Below, piece after piece: positions 8,571 to 16,666 of a stretch of DNA of 29,471 nt. The stretch is from Rhodanobacteraceae bacterium. Lineage in GTDB: Bacteria > Pseudomonadota > Gammaproteobacteria > Xanthomonadales > Rhodanobacteraceae. The stretch is from positions 1-29,471 of the forward strand of contig JBOHYX010000001.1 in NCBI GenBank assembly GCA_050738115.1, given 5' to 3'. Below the pieces are notes generated by a model. It was given only the letters and a program-made list of their open reading frames with translations. It had not been told where the DNA came from and did no database searches. The translations under genes and the position numbers were made by a program. How positions within the stretch are numbered: position 1 is the first letter of the stretch; every line of letters begins with the position of its first letter.

Positions 8571-8654
8571 AGATATTTTTGACGTCGATAACGCGTCCGA
8601 CGCCATGAGTACCAGGCCGCTTACCAGTCGAGCGACACGCTACGGAGCAAGAAC

Positions 8655-9548
8655 ATGCCAAGACCCATCTGGAGCGGCACCATCAGTTTCGGCCTTCTGA
8701 ACATCCCCGTGCAGTTGATGCCCGGCGAGCGGCGGGGCGACCTGCACTTCCGGATGCTCGACTCGCGCAACAACGCGCGCATCCGCTATGAGCGCATCAA
8801 CGAGGAAACCGGCGAGGAAGTGCCCTGGAAGGAAATCGTCAAGGCGTTCGAGTACGACAAGGGCAATTACGTGGTGCTGGACAAGGAGGACTTCGCCAAG
8901 GCCGCGCCCGAATCGACCGAATCCGTCGACATCGAGGCGTTCGTCGACGCGGGCGCGATCGGCCCCGAGTATTTTGAGAAGCCCTACTACCTTGTGCCCG
9001 GCAAGAAGGCCGAGAAGGGTTACGTGCTGCTGCGCGAGACGCTGAAGCGCCTGAAGACCGCCGGCCTCGCGAGGGTCGTGATCCGCACGCGGGAATACCT
9101 CGCGCTGGTGTTGCCGCGCGACAACGCGCTGCTGCTGATGCTGTTGCGCTATCCGCAGGAAATCGTGGCCGAGGACGAATACGCGTTCCCCGACAAGGCC
9201 GTGTCGGCCTACCGCGTGAGCCAACAGGAACTCAAGATGGCCGAATCGCTGGTCAAATCGATGGTCGGCGAATGGAAGCCCGGCGAATACCACGACGATT
9301 TCCGCGAGCGGCTGGGCAAGGTGATCGACGCGCGGATCAAGGAACAGGGCGGAGTACGCGCGCTGGCCGAGGAAGCCGCACTGCCGAAGAACGCGTCCAC
9401 CAACGTGGTGGATTTCATGACCCTGCTCAAGCAGAGCATCGACAGCAACAAGCGCACGCCAGCGAAGAAATCTGCATCGCGCGGCAGCGCGCGCAGCGGC
9501 ACGAAACGCAAGAGCGCCCCCCGCGCAAGAGCCGGCAAGCGATCCTGA
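8655..9548 (+). CDS. ku: NHEJ DNA end-binding protein Ku
   Basis: MPRPIWSGTISFGLLNIPV start, YFEKPYYL, basic C-terminal tail; GGAG SD; directly downstream of ligD. Confidence 0.97.
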   Translation: MPRPIWSGTISFGLLNIPVQLMPGERRGDLHFRMLDSRNNARIRYERINEETGEEVPWKEIVKAFEYDKGNYVVLDKEDFAKAAPESTESVDIEAFVDAGAIGPEYFEKPYYLVPGKKAEKGYVLLRETLKRLKTAGLARVVIRTREYLALVLPRDNALLLMLLRYPQEIVAEDEYAFPDKAVSAYRVSQQELKMAESLVKSMVGEWKPGEYHDDFRERLGKVIDARIKEQGGVRALAEEAALPKNASTNVVDFMTLLKQSIDSNKRTPAKKSASRGSARSGTKRKSAPRARAGKRS

Positions 9549-9559
9549 CCGCCCGGCGA

Positions 9560-9716
9560 TCCGCATGCGGGCGACAAATGGCGGGTGGTGCCCGCCATAC
9601 CAAGGCTGCCTTCTCCCCCGCGCAAACGGCCGCGCGGCGGAGGGGGTCACAAAATGGTGATGCGTAGGGCGGACACCGTCCGCCGTGCAAGCGCACATCT
9701 CGTCCGCATGCGGGCG
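9560..9716. repeat. Cluster of short palindromes/REP-like units between convergent genes
   Basis: TCCGCATGCGGGCG at 9560-9573 and 9703-9716; GGCGGGTGGTGCCCGCCATAC (9580-9600) is an inverted relative of GTAGGGCGGACACCGTCCGCC (9664-9684); GC hairpin about 9613-9646. Confidence 0.65.
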
Positions 9717-9718
9717 CT

Positions 9719-9792
9719 GTAGGAGCGCGCCTGCGCGCGACCGGGGTCACACGTACGCCGGAACGCCAGTCGCCGCCGAGGGCGGCTCCTAC
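9719..9792. repeat. GTAG-family REP doublet (REPIN-like)
   Basis: GTAGGAGCGCGCCTGCGCGCGAC ... GTCGCCGCCGAGGGCGGCTCCTAC; the left unit is the exact reverse complement of the right unit of the doublet at 28740-28807. Confidence 0.9.
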
Positions 9793-9826
9793 AATGATGA
9801 CGCGCGCTCGCGCGCGCGGACTATTT

Positions 9827-10291
9827 CTATTTCCGACGGCTGATCTTGAACGACTCGAAGCCGGCGCCGATGTCCCAGCCCTTGCCCTTGCCGGTCAAGG
9901 CCAGCGACACCGGGCCCTTGGTCATGGCCGCGGCGTGGCCGGAATTGATCACGCCGACGTGGGCGTTGGCCGTGGCATAACTTCCCAGGATGTCGTTGAT
10001 GCTGGTGACGTGGGTGAACTTGCCGTGTCCGTCGACGAGCTTGTACTTGCCGACGGTCAGGCCGCCGCCCTTGGCATCGATGTCGACCGCCATCGTCTGG
10101 CCGTTCGGGCATGTGACCGTACCATGCCCGTCCGCGGTCTGGTAAACGACGGACCAGCCCGACAGACTGAAGTCCATCGTGCACTTCATCGTCTGCGCGG
10201 ATTCGTCGTTCGTCTGCGCCCGCGCATGCGGCGCGGCCAGCGCACCCAGCGGCAGCAGCGCCACCGCAAACCACAGTGCCTTCCTTGTCAC
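9827..10291 (-). CDS. Secreted/periplasmic glycine-rich hypothetical protein (154 aa)
   Basis: AAGGAG SD before GTG 10291; signal peptide (TRKALWFAVALLPLGALAAPHARA), then a beta-rich domain with two Cys (CTMDFSLSGWS...GTVTCPNG). Only the 3' part of track ORF 9827..11050 is credible. Confidence 0.85.
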   Translation of the reverse strand: MTRKALWFAVALLPLGALAAPHARAQTNDESAQTMKCTMDFSLSGWSVVYQTADGHGTVTCPNGQTMAVDIDAKGGGLTVGKYKLVDGHGKFTHVTSINDILGSYATANAHVGVINSGHAAAMTKGPVSLALTGKGKGWDIGAGFESFKISRRK

Positions 10292-10368
10292 AGAATATCT
10301 CCTTGTCTCTCGTGGTCTGGTCATTGTCCTGTCGCGCTGCTGAACCTGCCGCAAACCGCAGCGACGTT

Positions 10369-11247
10369 TCATCCGTGCGTGTCGCCGCGCACCTGGGCAT
10401 GGGCAACCAGTGTGAAGATCAGGGTGCCGCCCACGATGTTCCCGGCGAGCACCGGCCCGACGTAGTGCCCAAGCACCGCGAACCAGCCGAGGCGCCCTTC
10501 CCACGCGAGGTAGAACACCTCGCACGCCGAGCCGATGATGTGCACCAGCCCCGCCGCCGCGATCAGCCAGGTCAGCCCGACGATGATCCACAGCCGCGCG
10601 GATTCGGCCGCCGGCATCAGCCACACCATCGTCGCGATGATCCAGCCACCCGCCACCGCCTTGATGAACATTTCGGGCACCGAATAACCCATCAGGGTCG
10701 TGCCGAGCCCGATAATCGCGTGATCGAGTCCGGGTTCGAACAGCGGCAGCTTGTCGATGGCGAGCGCAAACAGCGCGACCCCGACGAGGTTCGAGACCAA
10801 CACGATGCACCACAGCCTGAGCATCCGCGCGAACTTGCCCCAACTCGGTTGCGTCAGGATGGGCAACACAACGGTCAGGGTGTTCTCCGTGAACAGTTGC
10901 TGGCGCGCCATGATCACGATCACGAACCCGGTGCTGTAGCCGAGCGACGCCACCAGGTGCGCGAACGGCACGTGCGGCAGGTTGGCCGCGAGTGCGGCGC
11001 TCGCCACTGCCGAAAAGCCCATCGACAGCCCCGCCGCGAGGCCCGACCATGTCAGCGCCGCGGGCGTGCGGCGCAATTCCTCTTCGCCGATCGCGCCCAC
11101 CGCCTCGTGCAGCACCGCGGCGCGCGGCGGCATCCGGCGTTCGACGTCGATCAGCTCTTCCCGGCCCAGATCCGCCAGGTGATGGTCGCCCGCCCGGGTG
11201 CCGCCGGGCGGATGCGCATCGCTGTCATTGCGGTCGCGTGTGTTCAT
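10369..11247 (-). CDS. Formate/nitrite transporter (FNT) family channel, YfdC-like
   Basis: GEEELRR, SGLAAGLSMGFS, GYSTGFVIVIMARQQLFTENT, GWIIATMVWL, HIIG, GNIVGG; about six hydrophobic segments; likely ATG 11247. Confidence 0.9.
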   Translation of the reverse strand: MNTRDRNDSDAHPPGGTRAGDHHLADLGREELIDVERRMPPRAAVLHEAVGAIGEEELRRTPAALTWSGLAAGLSMGFSAVASAALAANLPHVPFAHLVASLGYSTGFVIVIMARQQLFTENTLTVVLPILTQPSWGKFARMLRLWCIVLVSNLVGVALFALAIDKLPLFEPGLDHAIIGLGTTLMGYSVPEMFIKAVAGGWIIATMVWLMPAAESARLWIIVGLTWLIAAAGLVHIIGSACEVFYLAWEGRLGWFAVLGHYVGPVLAGNIVGGTLIFTLVAHAQVRGDTHG

Positions 11248-11373
11248 CGTCCGTCCGTGGGCCAATCCTGCGGCTCTGCGCGAAGTGATGGGACCTCGCC
11301 GACAGCCGATCGCTCCGCCGTGCGCGCGCACGCGTCAGGGCGCATTCACCCGCTGTGCAGCGGGGATTCGCTG

Positions 11374-14300
11374 TTACTTCGCAGCCACCAGCCGCTCGAT
11401 CAGCTCGCCGATCTTCGCCGCATCCAGGGGCTTGACCAGATGCTCGTTGAAGCCGGCTTCCATCACCCGCGCGCGGTCGCTGGCCTGCCCGTAACCCGTG
11501 ACCGCGACCAGCGGCAGGTGTTGGTAGTCCGGCATCTCGCGCACGCTCTGCGCGACCTCGTAGCCGTCAATGACGGGCAGGCCGATGTCGACCAGCGCGA
11601 CGTGCGGCCTGAAGCTCTTCACCGACTGCAGCGCCTCGGCGCCATCGCGCGCGACGCAAGTGCGGTAGCCCATCTCCTGCAGCAGCATCGCAAGGCTGTC
11701 CGCCGCCAGCGCGTAGTCGTCCACGACCAACACCCTGACCCGCTTGTCCCGGCGTTCGGCGGACGCGCGCCGGGGCGCTGCCACTTCCGCACCCGGGCCA
11801 GGGGCGACCGGCCGCGCATCCAGCAGCGGCAGGCGGACCGTGAATTCACTGCCCTTGTATGCACCGTCGCTGGCCGCGGTTACGCTGCCTCCGTGCAGCT
11901 CCGCCAGATTGCGCACGATCGCGAGGCCCAGCCCAAGTCCGCCGCGCGCCCGGTCGATCGACTGGCTGCCCTGCGAAAAGGATTCGAACACGTGCTGCAG
12001 CAGGTCGGGGGCGATGCCCTGCCCCTCGTCGCGCACACGCACGACCACCTGCCCCTTTTCCGCACCCGCGGACAAATGGATGTTGCGGTCGGGTGGCGAG
12101 TACTTGGCTGCGTTGGTGAGCAGATTGACGAGTACCTGCACCAGCCGGCGGCGGTCGCCCGAAACGGCAATGCCATCGTCCACGTCCACGTGCAGGACCT
12201 GCCGGCGTTCCTCCATCGCGGACTGCGTGGTTTCCACCGCCGCCTTCACGATCTCGCCGACATCGACGCGGGCCAGTTTCAGTTCGATCTTGCCGCGGGC
12301 GATGCGTGCCACGTCCAGCAGGTCGTCGACCAGGTCGGTGAGGTAACGCACCTGGCCTTCTATCACGCCGCGTTCGCGCGCGAAGGTCTCCGGCGCGCGC
12401 AGTTTCATCAACTCCAGCGTCGTCGTGATCGGCGCCAGCGGGTTGCGCAGTTCGTGGCCGAGCATCGCGAGGAATTCGTCCTTGGCGCGGCTGGCCCGCT
12501 GCAGTTGCGCCTCGCGTTCGCGGAGCCGCGCCCCCACTCGCGCGCGCCCGATGAACGCCCACGCACGTTCGGCCACGTTCTCGACCATGTGCACTTCTTC
12601 GCGCGTCCAGTCGCGCGGCGTGGCCGAACCCGCCACCAGCGCCCACGTGACGTTCCGCTCGCCCTCGCGCAGCGGCGCCGCGATGAATGCGTGCATCCGC
12701 ATGCGCGCGACCGCAGCCCTGTCCGCATCGGACAGGCGCGCATCGGCCGCGAAATCGGTCACCACCGCCGGCTCCGTCTCGAGGCGTCGGATGATCTCCG
12801 GAAAATCGGACAGGGTCACGTCGCCCGATTCGCCAAATATCGATGGCAGGTCCGGACGCCGATGCTCCGCACCGAGCCGCACCCGATCCTCCGCGCGCGA
12901 CAAGTGGGTGATACAGCAGCGGTCGAGGTCCAGGTGCCCGGCCAGCATGCGCACGCACACTTCGCCAATCGCCTGTTCATCCGCCTGCTCGCGCATGGCA
13001 TCCGCGACCATCAACAGAAAGCCCTGGCGTTCTTCGCTCTCGCGCAACACGGCTTCCGCACGCTTGCGCCGCGTGACGTCCCGCGCGATCTTGGATGCCG
13101 CCACGATCGTGCCGGTGGCGTCCCGGATCGGCGATATGCTGAGGGAGACGTCGAGCCGCGATCCGTCCTTGCGCTGGCGGATCGTTTCGTAGTGGTCGAT
13201 CCGTTCGCCGCGTCGGATGCGCGCCAGGATGGCGGGTTCCTCGTCGACGCGGCCCGGCGGCATCAGGATGGTGATCGACTTTCCGATCACCTCGTCGGCG
13301 GCGTACCCGAACATGCGCTCGGCGCCGGCGTTCCAGGTCTGGATGATGCCGTCGAGGTCCTTGCGGATGATCGCGTCATCCGAAAATTCCACGATCGCGG
13401 CCAGCCGACTGGACGCCTCCTCGGCCCGCTTGTGTGCAAGGATGTCCCTGAACAGGACGCCGACTTCGTGGCTGCCGCCGGTGCCGAGCGGAAAGGCGAA
13501 CACGTCGAAGCAGCGACCGAGCGCGTCCGCGCGCTGCTCGAAGCGTTCGGCCTTGCCGGTGCGATCGATGCGCGCGTAGGCATCGAACCAGTGCGCCTCC
13601 TGCCCGGGCACCATCTCCTTGATCGTGCGGCCCAACGCGTTCTCGAGGCCCGTCTGCTCGACGAACGCCGCATTGATCGCAAGGAAGCGATAGTCGCAAG
13701 CCCTGCCGGAATCGTCGAACAGGACCTCGATGGTGCAGAAACCCTCGTCGATCGAGTTGAAAAGCGCCCGGTAGTGTTGCTCGCTCTGGCGCAGGGCCGC
13801 CTCCGCGCGCGCGCGTTCGACCGCGGACCAGGTGCGCTGCGCCACGTCTTCGATCAGCCGGGTCTCGGCGTCGGTCCAGTCGCGCGGCGTGCTGGAATGA
13901 ATGCCGACAACGGCCAGCAACCGCTCGCGTTTGACCAGCGGCACGCCGACCCACGCGCGCACGCCGATCGCACGACAGGCATCGCGCTGCGACTCGCCCT
14001 CCACCCCGGATTCCGTATCGCGAACCTGCAGCGTTTCGCCGGCGCGATAACGCGCAGCCAGGTCCGGCGAGAAATCCGAAAGCCGCATCCGCCCGGGAAG
14101 CGACGGCGCCTCGCGCGCGCGCCAGGCCGATGCCGTCAACCCGTCCTGGTCCGCCGCGACCTCGAAGTACGTCGCGCGCGTGACATCGAGGTGCTCACCC
14201 AGGTGCTTCATCGCGGCCTGCTGTATTTCGGCGGGATCCGCGAGCGGTCGCAGGACGTCGCCCAGGTTCAGCAGGAATGCCTGCCGCACCTCGTTCTCGC

Positions 14301-14880
14301 GCAGCGCGGCTTCAGCCCTGGCGCGCTGGAGCACGGCCCAGGTGCGCTCGGCGACGTCCTCGACCAGCGCGATTTCGTCCGCCTGCCAGTTCCGCGGCTG
14401 CGATTGGTGCGCCGCCAGCACCGCGACGAGCCGGCCCTGCTCGAGCTGTGGCACCTTGACGAGGGCGGCAATCCGGGCGTCCCGGCAAGCCTGCTTCTCG
14501 GCGGCCGTCAGCATCTCCGCGGCGGCCACGTCCGCGAACACCAGCGTGCGTCCGGACCGCAACGCATCGGCAGCGTGACCGCCGAATGCATCGAGCCGGT
14601 ACCGCCCGACGATTGACGGGGTATCGTCGTTGCAATGGTCCGTCGTGATCGAGACGATTCCCTCGGCGCTCACGTCGCCGTGAAAGGCGCGGTCGGCGCC
14701 AAGGTGCGCTGCGAGGCGCCGGTCGACTTCCGTCTCGATCGCACGCGGATCGGTCAGCGTGCTCAGCACGTCCATCAGCTTCAACACGAATTGCCGCCGG
14801 CGCCCGGAATCGTGCCGGCCCGAAACACAGGGAACCGGGTTTGTACCCGGAGCGTCGCGCGTTTCACGTTCCTTGTTCAT
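11374..14880 (-). CDS. Cytoplasmic hybrid sensor kinase GAF-GAF-PAS-PAS-GAF-HisKA-HATPase-REC
   Basis: Three GAF-like repeats ending W...E..L.E.VA.R.W; PAS SDDAII...WNAGAERMFGY; H-box FLAMLGHELRNPL; N-box NLLTNAAKY; G boxes DEGQGI, GGLGLGL; receiver VLVVDD...DIGLP...TG...KP. Start 14880 (or 14946). Confidence 0.95.
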   Translation of the reverse strand: MNKERETRDAPGTNPVPCVSGRHDSGRRRQFVLKLMDVLSTLTDPRAIETEVDRRLAAHLGADRAFHGDVSAEGIVSITTDHCNDDTPSIVGRYRLDAFGGHAADALRSGRTLVFADVAAAEMLTAAEKQACRDARIAALVKVPQLEQGRLVAVLAAHQSQPRNWQADEIALVEDVAERTWAVLQRARAEAALRENEVRQAFLLNLGDVLRPLADPAEIQQAAMKHLGEHLDVTRATYFEVAADQDGLTASAWRAREAPSLPGRMRLSDFSPDLAARYRAGETLQVRDTESGVEGESQRDACRAIGVRAWVGVPLVKRERLLAVVGIHSSTPRDWTDAETRLIEDVAQRTWSAVERARAEAALRQSEQHYRALFNSIDEGFCTIEVLFDDSGRACDYRFLAINAAFVEQTGLENALGRTIKEMVPGQEAHWFDAYARIDRTGKAERFEQRADALGRCFDVFAFPLGTGGSHEVGVLFRDILAHKRAEEASSRLAAIVEFSDDAIIRKDLDGIIQTWNAGAERMFGYAADEVIGKSITILMPPGRVDEEPAILARIRRGERIDHYETIRQRKDGSRLDVSLSISPIRDATGTIVAASKIARDVTRRKRAEAVLRESEERQGFLLMVADAMREQADEQAIGEVCVRMLAGHLDLDRCCITHLSRAEDRVRLGAEHRRPDLPSIFGESGDVTLSDFPEIIRRLETEPAVVTDFAADARLSDADRAAVARMRMHAFIAAPLREGERNVTWALVAGSATPRDWTREEVHMVENVAERAWAFIGRARVGARLREREAQLQRASRAKDEFLAMLGHELRNPLAPITTTLELMKLRAPETFARERGVIEGQVRYLTDLVDDLLDVARIARGKIELKLARVDVGEIVKAAVETTQSAMEERRQVLHVDVDDGIAVSGDRRRLVQVLVNLLTNAAKYSPPDRNIHLSAGAEKGQVVVRVRDEGQGIAPDLLQHVFESFSQGSQSIDRARGGLGLGLAIVRNLAELHGGSVTAASDGAYKGSEFTVRLPLLDARPVAPGPGAEVAAPRRASAERRDKRVRVLVVDDYALAADSLAMLLQEMGYRTCVARDGAEALQSVKSFRPHVALVDIGLPVIDGYEVAQSVREMPDYQHLPLVAVTGYGQASDRARVMEAGFNEHLVKPLDAAKIGELIERLVAAK

Positions 14881-15261
14881 ACGGATCGACGGCACTGCCC
14901 CTGAACCGCCGAGTATAGGCTTCGATGGACGTGGCGCAACCCGCAACCCGCGGAGATTGAGGACACGTTCACGCAGGCGCGTTCACGATAGGTGGCCCGG
15001 CTGCACGCGCGGCAGCCGACCGAACGGACGCAAGGACGGTGCCACGACGGCTGCAACGAACGACCCCCAGACAACGCGCCCGGCAGGGCAGCACGGCACG
15101 CCCGCCGAGACCGCGCCCCGCGATGACCGGCGCGGCAACGCCGACGAACTCCGCCAGCTTGCGTAACCCCACTGCCGTCGTGCCCGCGGATCCGCTCCAG
15201 CTTTTCATCCGTGCAAATCCGCATTCAACGCGTCGCCTCGCTGCAACGCTGACTCGCGCCT

Positions 15262-15424
15262 CCAGGGAAACCCTGGATTTGCTCGTCATTCCGTGGCCGC
15301 CGCAGCTCCATCGCGGCGGAGCCCGGAATCCGGTGTCTCTCCGGTTCGTGACGTTGCGGCAGACACACTGGATCCCCGCTTTCGCGGGAATGACGGCAAT
15401 CGGGATCGATCAGAGATTCCCTGG
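15262..15424. mobile_element. MITE-like unit: imperfect 15-bp terminal inverted repeats enclosing a GTCATTCC...GGAATGAC palindromic element (15285-15394)
   Basis: Left CCAGGGAAACCCTGG versus reverse complement of right end CCAGGGAATCTCTGA (12/15); the inner element is related to 3475-3599. Confidence 0.6.
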
Positions 15425-15449
15425 CCCGCGATTGTGAAAAAACACCGCA

Positions 15450-16547
15450 ATGACCGCGAGCCAGGACATTCTTTCGCAACCATGGGTCCACGTCGCGATC
15501 GTGCTCGCGGCGGCATTGATCGTAGCGATCCTCATTTCCAACGGGCTGCACTTCGCGTCACGCCGCATCCTGCACCCGGACGAAGTGCTCGCGATCGTGC
15601 TGGTCAAGTGCAAGCGGCCGATCGAAGCGGCGATCCTGTTGCTGGCGGTCGAGTTCGCGCTGCTCGACGCGCGGCTGGGATTGGGACATGGCATCTGGCT
15701 GAACGCGGCGCGCCACGGCATCACGGTCGCGCTGCTGGCGGCGCTGACGTGGCTGGCGATCCGGGCAGTGTCCGGCATCGAGCAGGCGATCGACGAACGG
15801 CATCCATCGAACGTCGCGGACAACCTGCAGGCGCGCCGCGTGCAGACGCAGACGCGCGTGTTGGCACGCTCGATCATGATCCTGATCGGCTTGCTCGGCC
15901 TCGCCACGATCCTGATGACATTTCCCAACGTGCGTGCATTCGGCGCCAGCATGTTGGCTTCGGCAGGCGTCGCGGGTCTCGTGATCGGTCTCGCAGCCAA
16001 GCCCGTGCTGGGCAATCTCCTGGCCGGACTGCAGATCGCGCTGGCGCAGCCGATCCGGCTCGATGACGTGGTGGTCATCCAGGGCCATTGGGGTCGCGTC
16101 GAAGAAATCAACGGAACCTACGTGGTGGTGAAGATCTGGAACGAGCGGCGGCTCGTGATCCCGCTGCAGTGGTTGATCGAAAACCCGTTCGAGAACTGGA
16201 CCCGCACCAGTTCCCAGATCATGGGCATCGTGTACCTGTGGGTGGATTACGGCCTGCCGCTGGCCCCGCTGCGCGCCGAATTCGAGCGCGTGGTGCGCGC
16301 CGCGCCGGAGTGGGACCAGCGCGTGATGGTGCTGCAGGTCACCGACGCCGACGAGCACGCGATGCAGTTGCGCATGCTGGTCACCAGCAAGGACTCCGGC
16401 ATCAACTTCAACCTGCAGGTGCGCGTCCGCGAGGCGCTGATCGACTTCCTGCAGCGCGAATACCCCCAGTACCTGCCACGGCTGAGGGTCGAGTCGTATC
16501 AGCGCGACATCCGCAGCAACCCACGCTCGGCGGACTCGCCGCAATGA
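15450..16547 (+). CDS. MscS-family small-conductance mechanosensitive channel
   Basis: ASAGVAGLVIGLAAKPVLGNLLAGLQIAL, PIRLDDVVVI..WGRVEEI..TYVVVKIW..RRLVIP, FENWTR. Confidence 0.95.
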   Translation: MTASQDILSQPWVHVAIVLAAALIVAILISNGLHFASRRILHPDEVLAIVLVKCKRPIEAAILLLAVEFALLDARLGLGHGIWLNAARHGITVALLAALTWLAIRAVSGIEQAIDERHPSNVADNLQARRVQTQTRVLARSIMILIGLLGLATILMTFPNVRAFGASMLASAGVAGLVIGLAAKPVLGNLLAGLQIALAQPIRLDDVVVIQGHWGRVEEINGTYVVVKIWNERRLVIPLQWLIENPFENWTRTSSQIMGIVYLWVDYGLPLAPLRAEFERVVRAAPEWDQRVMVLQVTDADEHAMQLRMLVTSKDSGINFNLQVRVREALIDFLQREYPQYLPRLRVESYQRDIRSNPRSADSPQ

Positions 16548-16618
16548 GGACACCCGTGCGCGAAGCGCGTGCTCGTTGTTTTCGCGCGACCTGAACCACG
16601 ACACACACCCGAGCGCAG

Positions 16619-16666
16619 GTCGCCGGCGAGGCCGGCTCCTACCCGGCCGCGATCATGGATGATCGC
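16619..16666. repeat. Single GTAG-family REP plus an 18-bp palindrome between convergent mscS and nuoN
   Basis: GTCGCCGGCGAGGCCGGCTCCTAC (16619-16642); GCGATCAT-GG-ATGATCGC (16649-16666) abuts the nuoN stop. Confidence 0.7.

Noticed and set aside
9827..11050. 407-aa version of the secreted-protein ORF
   Set aside because: Its first ~225 codons overlap the FNT gene out of frame; SD and signal peptide point to GTG 10291.
10276..14616. 1446-aa plus-strand ORF
   Set aside because: Antisense shadow of the FNT and hybrid kinase genes, typical of high-GC codon bias.
16544..16594. ATGA-initiated 16-aa ORF after mscS
   Set aside because: No co-directional gene follows; it shows that ATGA at a gene end can arise by chance and is not evidence of coupling by itself.
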